Shown: in pieces, positions 1 through 12,803 of the stretch
Numbering within the stretch: position 1 is the stretch's first letter
How the letters are laid out: each line of letters begins with the position of its first letter
Origin: Adineta vaga
Taxonomy: Eukaryota; Animalia; Rotifera
Direction: 5' to 3'
DNA: 64,000 nucleotides
Assembly (NCBI GenBank): GCA_021613535.1
Contig: CP075497.1
Span: 9,176,001-9,240,000, forward strand
Notes under the pieces: generated by a model
Databases searched by the model: none
Told to the model about the DNA's origin: nothing
Seen by the model: the letters and a program-made list of their open reading frames with translations, nothing else
Program-made: the position numbers and the translations under genes

Positions 1-3000
1 CCAAATCTAAAAGAAAAGAAAAATATTTAAAAAATAATTAGCAGTTATAACTCTAATCTGAAATTTTTACTTTGAATTAAACAGAATTGATTGATCAGTG
101 ACAAGTGATGGATCAGTAACTACAAGTGAATGATCATCAAATTTTTTCGTCGTTGGAAATCTAAATTTAGCCATTTGAATTTCTGTATCTGTCAAGCCAC
201 CGTGTGTAATTCGCGCATAGCCAACACTAAAAATCATTCTCTTCTTCCCAACAATCATAATAAAATTCTGATTTACCGAATCAAATTTTTATATAGAATA
301 TATTCACACCATCGATCGTGATCAGTTGAATCAATGTCATTTGCAGCTGAAGTTAACGTACGATAGTCTCGACTAAATGGTTCCGATGTTACATAACCAA
401 GAAATACGAGTGGATTAGTACTATAAATAGAATAAAATTCTTCAGATATTTTCACTTTGGAAAAAAAACAAGAGTTAAACCTATTTTGCATAATTTCTCG
501 TAATTTTTCTGCTTGCATTTTTCGATCTAAATCATCTCGATCATTGCCCATATGAACAATAAGTACATCAACTAATTTGCTTGCTGTTTGAATAGTAGCA
601 AGTATAGCTGGCGCAAGTTCACCTATACTCATGAAATATATATCTTCATTTTTGTTTCCTTCAAGAAATTTACCTTCAGGTGACGGTAATAGATAATGAA
701 CTGATCGTACAATTGGATATTTTGAAAGAATAATACATCTAAATGAAGATGTAAAGTTTCGAAGACTTATGCAAATCAATTTTACCCCCAAGTATGATCT
801 TTTGTTGATGGACCAAAATCTGTGAACATATGTAATTTTTCTCCTAAATATGATGTTAAATCATTATTTCCAAAGAATGGTTTCGCTGTATCTGTTTCCA
901 AGAGACCAATAACATCCGCATCTAAATCGACAGATTGTATAAGAAATATCAACATATCTTATTTACTAGTGTCCGCAAGAACAGATGCAGCACGATCCAA
1001 ACTTGGTCGAGCATCATTATCATAACCAAAGTGTACTGTCCAAATAGCGGCAGAGATATGTGTCGGCTATTTTGAAGAAAACAAAATTCATACATTAAGA
1101 TGTAAAAAAAAGGAAGAATGACGTACATCTTCTGCTAGACGTAATGATTTGGATGGTAAAGCAAGAAAACGTGAAAATGTACCAGCACAAGCAATTATAA
1201 ATGCAATACCAAATACTAAATTGTAGAAAATTGCTATTTTTTTCGTCATGAATAAAATTTCAATATTCTTACATGACCAAATTCGACGATTCGGTAAACT
1301 GATTGATGAAACATATCCACGTATATATGTTCCTAAATTAGGTTCTAAATACAGACTTATTAGAATTGATTGATAATAGATTTTAGAGAAGAATTTTACT
1401 TGCAGTATAAACACCAAAATAGATACCAAGAAAATTGAAAAATACAAGAACATGCGATGTTTCCCGTGTTAATGTTCCACCAAATGGAACAAAATTATAT
1501 GCACTTGTCCAAACAGCATAGAGAACTTGCAGGATATATACAAAAGCAGCAGTAAAAACGATACGTGAGGAAAGACCACGAGCTATCTTATCAAATATTA
1601 ATGGAGTAACTGATCCGATAAATAAACTCAAAGCAAATCCACCTATTCAATCAAATTCGACAAAAAAAAAGAAGTGACATAAATCAACAAAAAAAGTTGT
1701 CTTATTACCAGCAAATGAAATATTTCCACGACTGAAATATAATAAACCATAGCCAACAAATCCGATTGATGCCCACCATCGATTAGTAACAATACTAAGA
1801 CGATTGATTATCAAAACACCACAGAACAAACCGATCCAAATAAGAAGCCTGTTAGAAGAAAAAATAAAGTATTTCTTTTCATTTTTCATTAAAAGCTCTT
1901 GTCATTTACCCAAAAGGAATAGGTTCCGGTGCTTGTTCTGGAAAACCATTTGAAGCCCATCGACTAACTACCGAAAGATCACCAAATACCCAATGAAGAT
2001 TAAATAATAAACTACCAAATCCAATGGCAAGTAATAGCCAATTTGGTTGTAGAACATTTTCACGTGGTAATGAACGTAATGGATTAAATCCTAGAATTAT
2101 TAATCAAATAACAAGTTTCATTCTATATTCAATTCATAGAAACATGATAGAAATATCGAAAAACTTACCAAGTGTCGAGGATGGTGAATTTGTCGTAAGT
2201 GATAATGATGGAAGTAATTGCCACATTGTATTATCTATAAAAATGCTCAAACTTTCTCGAAATATTAAAAAAGATCTCATACCACGTGCAAATTGATCAA
2301 AAATTATCACGATTCCAATTAGAACATGTACTATATTTGCAGTAACACCTGACCAAGCTGGCATCATACTTGAAAAACAAACACGTAAACTGAGAAAGAA
2401 AAATAGACTAATTGTCAATGTCCAAACAATAATTGATCTAAAATCATAAAGAATTTTCTTGATCTTTTTCTTGGCAGCATTTAATAAATATTCTGTACCT
2501 ATAAGGATGATAGCGTGCACTAAGACTTGTACAAAGATCAATCATAGTAGCACTAGTACCAAATGAAAGTATTAATAATCGAAGAACAGGATTTTCGAAT
2601 TGAAATGATAACAAACTAATAATCATAATTATACGAGTTATTAATTTACCCACAGTACTCTATAATTAAAAGACAAAGAAAATGAAAGTGATTTATAAAA
2701 GAAGATCAAATACATACTTCAGCAATATTATTAACGAATGAAAAACTAAGTATAATTGGACTTGCTAAAGAAAGTATTAATACTTCATATCCATCAATAG
2801 CTAGTTTAACCATTGGAAAGAACATTACCATTGGACCAATACCAAAGAAGATTGTCCAAAAAATATATGCTAAATAAATTCATTCATTTCAAATAATAAA
2901 GATATGAAATAGAATCAATCATACCAAAATATAATTCCCACATGAAGATACGTGAAAATCTCTTATCCATAATATCTCGTATATCAGTTGGAATCTTTTG

Positions 3001-3135
3001 TATATCACCGAATTCATAATTTTCCGTTACTTGTTTTCGTTTTTTAACGAACATTTTATCTTTTTCTTGTTCTAAAGTTTGATTACTACTTTCACTTGAC
3101 TTCTCTTGTCGTGAACGAATTGTATTCTCATCCAT
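1..3135 (-). CDS. CWH43: PGAP2-interacting protein / CWH43-like GPI lipid-remodelling protein (multi-exon, 3' end runs off the window)
   Basis: Spliced exons give [20 protein letters not shown] and [29 protein letters not shown] in the multi-TM part. The C-terminal EEP-like domain gives [31 protein letters not shown] and [16 protein letters not shown], all typical of CWH43/PGAP2IP. Confidence 0.9.
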
Positions 3136-5507
3136 CTAAAACAAAGCAATTGATATTTAATCAATGAAGCGAAACTAAAAAGAAGAAGCTTAGAATTGTT
3201 TTAATATAAGCAAATATTCATTCAAATGATTCTCTTCATCATTGAAATTGAAATCCAAATAATAATATATGGACCATCAAAAAGAACTTACAGATATGTA
3301 TGAAATGATTTCAACTAGAAAATTTGCTTTTTTTGGTTTTTATTCAAATGAATCATTTTTATTCATTTTTTTGTCATGATTGAAAATAAGCGACATCTGT
3401 TCGGGATGTAAAAGGAACAATTAATATACGATTATAAAGAAATTCTTTTCATATGTCTTCTATAAAAGAAGATATGCTTCATTTTTTAATATATTCTATG
3501 AATGATAATCTTATTTCATACTTATAATCATGATCTTAATCTGCGATCTCTATTACATTTCTCTTGATATTCTAATAGTTAGTACTGTTAAGATCATATA
3601 TCTATTAATTATTTCTCTTAAAATATAACACTTGTTTGATGAAAAAAAGTCTTTTTTATGACATTTACGGAATGTGTAGCTAATTCTTACATACACATAA
3701 AGTTAATGAACAAGGAAGTTTTCGTGACAATAACTTGTTCTTCTCTTCTTGCAATATAATCGGATACCCTGATTCAAATGACATATAAGTTAGATTAAAA
3801 GGTTATCATCGTTCAACTTGAACATCTTCAAGAAATAAGAACCAAACTATAAATAGCTATTGTAAATTCAATACTCAACAAATCCTCTTAGAGTAAAAAC
3901 CATTGTTGACTATACATCATATACGTCATATTAAGATTGGTTTTTCTCTCGTTCTATGTAAAAAGATTTCTATTTTCAACGGTTTGGAATTTTGATGATG
4001 AGAAAAACAAGATTTTTTTCACAGCTATAAGATTGATTAACTATCTAATCATGGCATTCCACTGTGTATTGTTATTATATTATCGATAAAACGACAACCA
4101 ATTTTCCTCAATATTACAAGGTCTATCTAATATTATCATCGCAAAAGAAAAAAAATCGTTAATAGAATTTATTATGGACTCATATTTCTCTTTCTATTAG
4201 TATAATCATTCGAAATCTCTTTACTCAAGAATGACAATCCATATAAATATATTTATATGTGAATAAATTGTTCATAGAGTGTATCAAATAGTTACAATGA
4301 TTTGCTTTTTTCTACTCTTATATAGAACTGGTTATTTACATTTAGAAAATATTCATTCTCTCAAGAAAGAACTGAGTGACACTCAGCATAGTTTACTTGT
4401 CAATCATTTGTAGATCTCATCAAATGGGTTTTTTTCTCTACGTTTTGCACTCGTAAATAGATTCACTTACATAGTCGACGTATTATCACACTAGATAGGG
4501 ATAATAAAAATCTAATAAATAGGAACTTAGTTGGATTTTTATCGTTTGTATTTGTTGATTTATCGAGCTTCCTTAATCAGCGATCGGTTGATTATATTAT
4601 TGTTTTTCTTAATTCAGCATTACACAGATTAGAACTATGAAGAATCAATTAATATCAATAACTATCCTGAAAGTCGTTTTCTTAACATTGACACGTTAAA
4701 ATGTCAAACAAAACGAATTAGACAATGAAAGTAGCTAGATCTATGTTTATTAAGTATGACAGGAAAACCACTGTCAACTCATGTTTCTTTCGATTTCTAT
4801 AACTCAAAAGTAATGATGAGAAGTTCACTTGATAAAGATGCGATTAGTCCTCGTAAATGACGCATTGTCTTTAGAGAACTCACACAGTTTTCTTCTTCTT
4901 TTTGTTCTTCTTCTCGTCAACTTCTAGTCATTTTTCTTTATTAAAATGTTTTATATTCCATCCTCATTCTATCTGACTACCGGCGGCTATTCTTGAAAGA
5001 AAACGCCAAATAGAAATGTGAATAGATGTGTAACTAAGCTAGCACTGATCACTGAGATAGTTCAGTGAAAACTAATGTGAACAATTCGAGAGACCGTTTT
5101 CTTTTATGGTATTATTTATTAAATGTGATGATGAGTGTTTATATTTACGTTATGATACATTTAAGATATCGTCCCGTCTTAACGCTATTTCATTCATTCA
5201 TATTGTTTCGTTCATGATTGATTGATTACGAACTATTCAGTGAGCAAAAAGAAAACCGACGGTCTGACAAAATATAAAACTAATTTGTTGATTAAATAAC
5301 AATGTTATGAATAGAAAATCTTCTATATGGAAGAAAAGAAGAAAAAAAAGAACTAGTTCGAGTCTCTAAAACTATCTATCTATATTCTCTTTGATTTATT
5401 TATGATATGTGAGCAAGCAGAAAATTCTCAGATCACTTTAGTAAATATATAAATAACGAAGTTTTCTTTTTTTTGTATAGATAGATAAATCAGTTGAATT
5501 GCAATGA

Positions 5508-8500
5508 ATGGGCACCAAATCATTTCGATTATCTCTTGTTCTTATCCTATTTTCAACTGTTTATCTTGATAATTCTTCGTTTCCTCATCAGAATGTTAAT
5601 CATCAAGGTATTATTCTTCGAAGTTTATTTACACATTTACATTATCCATCTGTACATTTTGCTCTTAAACAAGTCAATTCACAATTATTATCTCAAATTA
5701 ATCGTGAATTTTATTTCAACGAAACAGAAGGAATGATCAAAGTAAATGATTTCAATTGAAAAAAGAAAAATGAATATCACGAGAAAATCTTTCTATTTCT
5801 AGTGTGATGTAGGTACTGGTATCAAAACATTCTTTGACATGCTCAATCAATCTTCATCATTAACTGTTGTATTTACGGATACATGTCAGAATGTGCTTAG
5901 TTATATCTCAGAAACAGCAACTTATTTTCATCTACCTATTGTATGAATGTCAAAATTGTTTTGTAAAATTTTGCTCATTCTTTTTTTTTAAATATTATTT
6001 AGATTTCATTTACAGATAATGATCTTTCATTGTTAGCAAAAGATCGTTATCCATATTTTTACCATATTATACCATCAGATCATTCACATAATTTAGTACG
6101 TAAAGAACTTTTACAATATTTCAATTGGACACGATTTGGTTTGATTTATCAACATGGTTCAAAGTATACTCTGGTATGTAAAAAACATCTAATTATCAAC
6201 AATTTCATTAATTGTCAAGAAGTAGAATTTTTCATGAATGACAAGAGGATATAGCTCATCCTTCTTAAAAGTAATAGACTAAAGTTTCTGAATTCCATTC
6301 ATCAATGTCATTCATAGAAAAATTCTGTAACCAACATTTAATCTTTGTTGATACAAATAAAAGAAATTCAAACTGCGAAGTTTGAAGTACCCTTGCGGAA
6401 CTAAAAATTCACCGAAGACATGTCGACCTACTACGCTGATTACCACAGATAAGATAGTCGAATAGATCTATGTTTTTCCTCTCTCTGATTTGACGTATTA
6501 ATATATTTATATAGTCTCTTGTGTATATACTATCAAATTGATTTATAGACCTAATCGATAATCATATTCTGGTTTAGATATTAACGATGTTATAGTAGAT
6601 CGAAGTGAAATCTAACTTCTACTTATACAAGAATTGATATACAAAACAAAATATTAGCTTAATAGTAACTCAAAAACAGAAAGGAAATTTCATTTTTCTA
6701 TGATTATATTATCTCAACGGACTTACTGTTTCTGAAGTTGAGACAGTGAAAATCCGGTTAATTAGAAAAATTCATTTTGATAACATAATGCATCTAAAAT
6801 GACATGCTGTTTTGTGGTGTGAGAAGTTCATTAAATATATATTTATAGGTTGCTAATGATTTTTCGAATTTAACTGTGATGGATAAACGACAATTTGAAG
6901 TTAATTTAACACGTGGTCTCGCTTATCGTCATGGAGTAGAATGGCATGATGATAATGCAAGATATATTCAATCATTATTAAAAGATTTTAAAGTATACTT
7001 TTCATTGATTTTCAAAATAAAACTAATGTTCAATCTTTTGTTTGTTTGTTTTTTTTTATAACAGGAACGTGATGTTCGAATAATTATCGGTAATTTTAAT
7101 CAAACAATCGCTATTCATATGTTTTGTCACGTATGTCTTATGAATATTTTTCTGAAAAATTCTTATCGATTTTTGAAAAAAAAAACAAATAGGCGGCTCG
7201 TGAACATGTCTATGGATCTCGTTTCCAATGGATTATACTTGGATATCCATCGTTATCAGCATGGTGGTATGAGTCAACTGATTGTTCTCAACAAGAATTA
7301 ATTCGTGCACTCAATGGAACATTACAAACACGTGTACCACGTCTATCAATGGATAATAACGATGTATGAAAGTTTAAATTAATAAAAAAGACATGTAAAT
7401 AATCAGTTTTCATATTTTAGAATCAATCGGATTTTGTTCTAGATTATCTAAAGAATTTTTTGGATATAGAAAAAGACTACTTTGGTGGTTATGCTTATGA
7501 TACAATATGGAGTTTAGGATATCTTTATTCTTCTCAATCGTTAGATAATCAATCGAATACGGACATATTTCGACAACATTTTGAAGATATTGATTTTATT
7601 GGTGCTACTGTATGTACTGATAAAAAACGAGAAGAAAACAGTTGTTCTCATTAGAATTCAATTCTAGGGAAGAGTAAGATATGCGAATGGTGGACGAATC
7701 GGTGAAATACTTGTTGAACAATTCGTTGGTAAATAAGATTCGATTTTGTAACAAAATATTTCCAACGAAAACTTTTAGCATGTCGAATGACGCCTGATGG
7801 TACATGTACAGTTCCATGTTATGAAGAGGAAAACAATTGTGGCTTAACTGTTGTGAAAGTTTTTCTTGCTAAAAATTCGGATTCAAAAGATGATCCACCG
7901 ATTTTATATAAACTTAATCCAATTATGTGGCATGGTATGTTTTCAAATTTTCTATTACATTTATGAAGCTTTTTTTAATGATTCATTCTAGGAAATGGGC
8001 CACCACGAGATCGAACAAATCAAACCATCGAATTTCAACATGTTTATTTGTCAGTATTTATATCCATATCAATTTGTAGTGGAATTGGTTTATTTATTTC
8101 ATGTACTTTTCTCACTTTTAATATCCAATTTCGATTACATCGGTAGAGAGAAAAAAAACTTCGATAGATATTTATTCTTTTAACTCAATCTTTTGATTCT
8201 GCTTTCAGTTTCATTCGAATGTCAAGTCCATTATTGAATAATCTTATTCTATGTGGTTGTATGTTAGCTTATGCAAGTATTATTCTAATGGGAATTAATT
8301 CATCTTTATTTACAAGACAATCTTACTCAAAAATCATTATGAATATTATTTGCCCGGTAAATTGAAAGATTGATTTGTTTAATTCAAATACAATGAGAAT
8401 GTCTTTTATTTAGATTCGAGTTTGGATTTTATGTATTAGTTTTACATTAGCTTTTGGATCAATGTTTAGTAAAACTTGGCGAGTTCATTCAATATTTACG

Positions 8501-10080
8501 AATATTAATATAACAAAAAAGGTATGAAAATATTTGATATAGAAAAGCATTGAAAAATGAATATTTAGGGTATTCATGATTCACGTTTACTTGGATTAGT
8601 TGGTATTCTTCTTTTAATCGATTTAATCTTTCTAATTTCATGGCAAATATTCGATCCAATTCATCAACAATTGATTTATAATCCACCAATTCGATCAAAA
8701 GTATGATATTGGATTTTAATAGATTGTTATCATATTGAATATTTTTCTTTTAAGAATAATCCTGATATTGATATTATTCCATATCGTGAAGAATGTAAAA
8801 GTAGAAATATGAGTTTATGGTTTGTGATCTTAATTATTTACAAAGGTTTATTAATGGTAAGAGAAAATCTTTGTTCAACCAATTTTTGTTTCATTTATTG
8901 ATATTTTGAAATGAATTTAGTTCTATGGTTTATTTCTGTCATGGAAAACACGTCATGTAACAATTCCAGCATTGAATGATTCACGTTATATTGGTTTAAG
9001 TGTTTATATTGTATTCATTTGTTGTACATTAGGATCATTAGTTATCTTCATTCCATCAGAACAAATTCAATTTTCATATTTTCTTCGATCATTTTTCATT
9101 GTTACATGTACAACGGCAACTGTTTGTTTAGTATTCGTACCGAAAGTAAGTTATTCAGATTGAATTTGAGAGAATCAAAGAAACAAAGACAAATGATATT
9201 TAGATTATTGAAGTTTATCGTGATCCACATTCAAGAAAACGACAACCAAGAGTTACAAGTCGTTTTTATGAGAGAAATCATCGTCCTATGATTGTTAATA
9301 TACAACATTTAACTGCTGCTCTAACAGATAATCAAGATTTAAAATTAGTCTTAGCAATGGTATATAGTATCATATAGAATTGGGATTTAAAATTAAATCT
9401 TTGTTTTATATTTAGCAAGAACAAACGATCGCTCGTTTATTGGATGAACTAAATAATTCACAGATAAAAAAGAATACTACTACTGGTAAGAGTTCTTTTA
9501 TTAAACAGATATTCGATATTCTCTATCATTTAGATACAAATACATTTCAACTTGAACGTCTAACTATTTCTGATAAAGAACATGAAGATTCTTCAATCGA
9601 AGAAGACGATGACGATGATGATGATGAAAGTAGTATACAATCGTTCAGAAACTATCCGTAAGTAACGTTCATATATACATATCTTAGAGAATATTCTCTC
9701 TCTCTCACTTTAATACTTATTTCAGTTTAACTCAATCGAAACATGTTGCTCGTGCAGTTAGTTTATGTCTATTAAATAAAATTCAAATGAAACAATTACA
9801 TTGGCCAGAAACTGTAGGAGTCGGTCGATATTCTATTCCTTCACAGAATGATCAGTATCATTCATCATCATCGTCACCGGCAAAAAGAATTCTATTTCGA
9901 CAAACATATGAAGATTCAAGTGATACAGATAAAGAAGATGCTAGACTTTTAGAAATTGTCGAAAATAATGATTTATCATCGAATATTACACAACGTGCTT
10001 ATGATGGTTTAAGTTCACTTGATGAACATCAATTAAACGAAATGATTGAAACAGATCTTGTATCATCATCGAATGGTTAA
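5508..10080 (+). CDS. GABBR2: GABA-B receptor subunit-like class C GPCR (GABBR2-like), multi-exon
   Basis: Signal peptide, then Venus-flytrap exons (DRYPYFY, FNWTRFG, GYAYDTIW). 7TM motifs RMSSPLLNNLIL, FGSMFSKTWRVH, ALNDSRYIGLSVY and CLVFVPK are present, followed by a long C-tail. Subunit assignment is tentative. Confidence 0.85.
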
Positions 10081-10479
10081 ATTGATTTTATAATGCATGT
10101 ATAAAACTATGTATGAATATTATTTTGTTTCTATGATTAGAAAAAAAGAATATATAATATTTTAAGTAGATGAAAGAATACAATTTATATTTCAACAGAG
10201 AGAAAATTATGATTAGTTTGAGGAAACTTGATAGATGAGGTATTATCGTTGAATCTGATGGTATTAGTCACAGAAAACAGTTCTAATTATTTCTTATTCA
10301 TCTAGAGAATTTCAGATTTAATCTTTTCGTCGTTCCTGGAGAATTTCTTATTGATTAATAAATATATCGTATTTGTATTTGAATAACAAAGCGATAAACA
10401 AAATGCAATAGCAAGAACAAACGATAGACTTCTGTTCATTATCACAATATTAAAGAAAAACAATACAAATGAATTAATA

Positions 10480-11817
10480 CTAACATCCATCTTTATAGAA
10501 TTGTTCGATATCTTTGTAATAAATCATATCATTTTTTCGTAGAGTACTTAATCGTTGACATAATTCACACATTCGTATACGTTCTAATGCTTTACCATCA
10601 ATAATAATTTCATAATGTTTTCGCCATTGATGAAACATTGAAAATAAAGTTAAATTCGAATGAATTTCATTTAAATAAGATGCAAGTTTAGTCATATCTC
10701 TATCAAAATCATCGATATGAATAAAAGAATTTTTCGGTGCTAAACGAATATAATCATTTTTCACTGGTCCATATACAATCGGTATTAAACCATAATAAAA
10801 TGCCTTATAAAATTTTTCTGTTACATAATCACGACATGTATTTGATTCAAAACTTAAATAAAATTTAAATTTTAACATATAATCATATTCACATTTTGTA
10901 TATGAAGTGCATAAATGTAACGGATAATAATCAACACAACGACCGTAACCTTCAATGATTAAATTTGATGCATATTTCAAATTATAAAATAATTCTAAAC
11001 GTTTTTTCGCATGACAATTAGAAACAAACCATAGAGCACCATTTGATCGACTGAAATATTCTTTTCGAATCCAATGATGATATTCACTATCGGACAATGG
11101 TTCATTTCGTTTATTGAATAAACCATAGGAACCAATGGATACTTCACTATCTAATTTATAACTAATTGTCCAATTGAAATGAAATGATTTTAATTGTGAA
11201 TAATCAATCATTGTTGGTGGTTCATCTGACCATAGAATCCAAACAGAATTTCGTTTTGTTTCGGAACGACTTGGCATCGCAGTTCGAGATAATGGAATAT
11301 CATAAGCATGAAAGATTAATGCATCAGCTTCACGATATTTTTCATGATCACATGACCATTGACAACGATTTTTGGATGGACAAGATGGACCAAAAATACG
11401 ATCGATTGAAAATGAGCAAAATTTCTTATCACGAAAAATTGTTGTATAAAGAACGATTAAAATAGTTGAAGTTGATGATTCTTCTTTACTATTTCCACGT
11501 TGAATTTCTTTCATCCGATTCGATGATGTATCACTTTGAAGAATCTATAACAACAAAAAAGCACAATTTTCATCTACACAACAAGAATTCTTTTAGTCAA
11601 TAGTTACCTGTTCTTTAATCTGTAAGATTTCTTTAATACCATCCCATTGCACATCATCATCAATAGATATTCGATTATATTGAGAAGAAAATAGATTAGG
11701 TGTGAGAATAATACAAATCAATATACAAATAAACCATAGAACAGATAATCGTAGAATTCGAAATAATTGTCGACACCACCAAATACGAATGGGTAATGTA
11801 TGATAAGAATAATACAT
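10480..11817 (-). CDS. Alpha-1,3-fucosyltransferase (glycosyltransferase family 10), 2 exons
   Basis: Type II TM anchor, WFVSNC, the FKFYLSFESNTCRDYVTEKFY motif, and IPIVYG..APKNSFIHIDDF. Confidence 0.92.
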
Positions 11818-12561
11818 TAAACTATGCGACAATAGGGAAATAGAAGATAAAAGTACTTTTCTTCTTACGAAGTATTTCGACGTTGTCGTTAGTATTTCTT
11901 TTCTGGTTCGCTTCACTACGTCTTCAATGACGTCGATCGATCGGAAGTGCCATTAAAAAAAGAAAATGTCCCATAAGCAATACAACACACATGTAGCAAC
12001 TATCAGATCATTGATCGTACAGCATAGACATAAAGCAATACTAAGAATATATAAAAATGATTTTTCGTATAGCGTAATCGATATGCTACTTCTCGTTCTT
12101 TCTTTTCATGAAAAATTTACTTGCGTATAAAGGTTAGTTTTTTGAAATTCGATATTCAATATGAAAATGGCATTGACGTCGAACTACAAGAATTAATGAT
12201 TTTGAAAAGACTTTTAGTTTACAGGAAAATAATTCCTTTTAAAAGAAAGAAAGAAAGAAAGGGAAATCAGTTGTCAACGCACGGAAATAGAATTAAAAGT
12301 ACCGATGGATATGAATAGACATTTTATTACTTGATTACAAAGCAGTTAATTTTTTCTGCTACATAGTATAGTCAAGAAAAATGTTTTGATGTCAAAAATT
12401 TGACACATAACTGTCTAAGAAAATTACTGAATGTCAATAAAATACCGTTAGTATAAAGAAGACATTTACAAATTATCTTTCAAAGTTCTATGTTACATTC
12501 TAATAAAACTTTATATAAATGTCATATGAATAGTTAATCTTTTATGCTTTGTAATACGCAT

Positions 12562-12625
12562 TAGGGATGCACCAATTCCTGTTCTTAGGCGAGAAAGATG
12601 CCTCATTTGCGGTGTTAATAACCGC
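12562..12625 (+). repeat. Left terminal inverted repeat (64 bp)
   Basis: tagggatgcaccaattcctgttcttaggcgagaaagatgcctcatttgcggtgttaataaccgc is the reverse complement of 15712-15775 with 4 mismatches. Confidence 0.95.
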
Positions 12626-12803
12626 TGCGCCTGCCGGGTGAGTTTTCGAATTCATGCAGGAGCTCATTGTTTGTAAAACAGTGAGGTAGATTTACAAGTC
12701 GTCTGACTATCTTGATGCTAGCACTCTCTCGGTTGGACATAAAACTATTTCTGCTAATGAAAAGAAGAAAAACAAGTGTGTCAATGCACAATTTCATGCG
12801 CTA

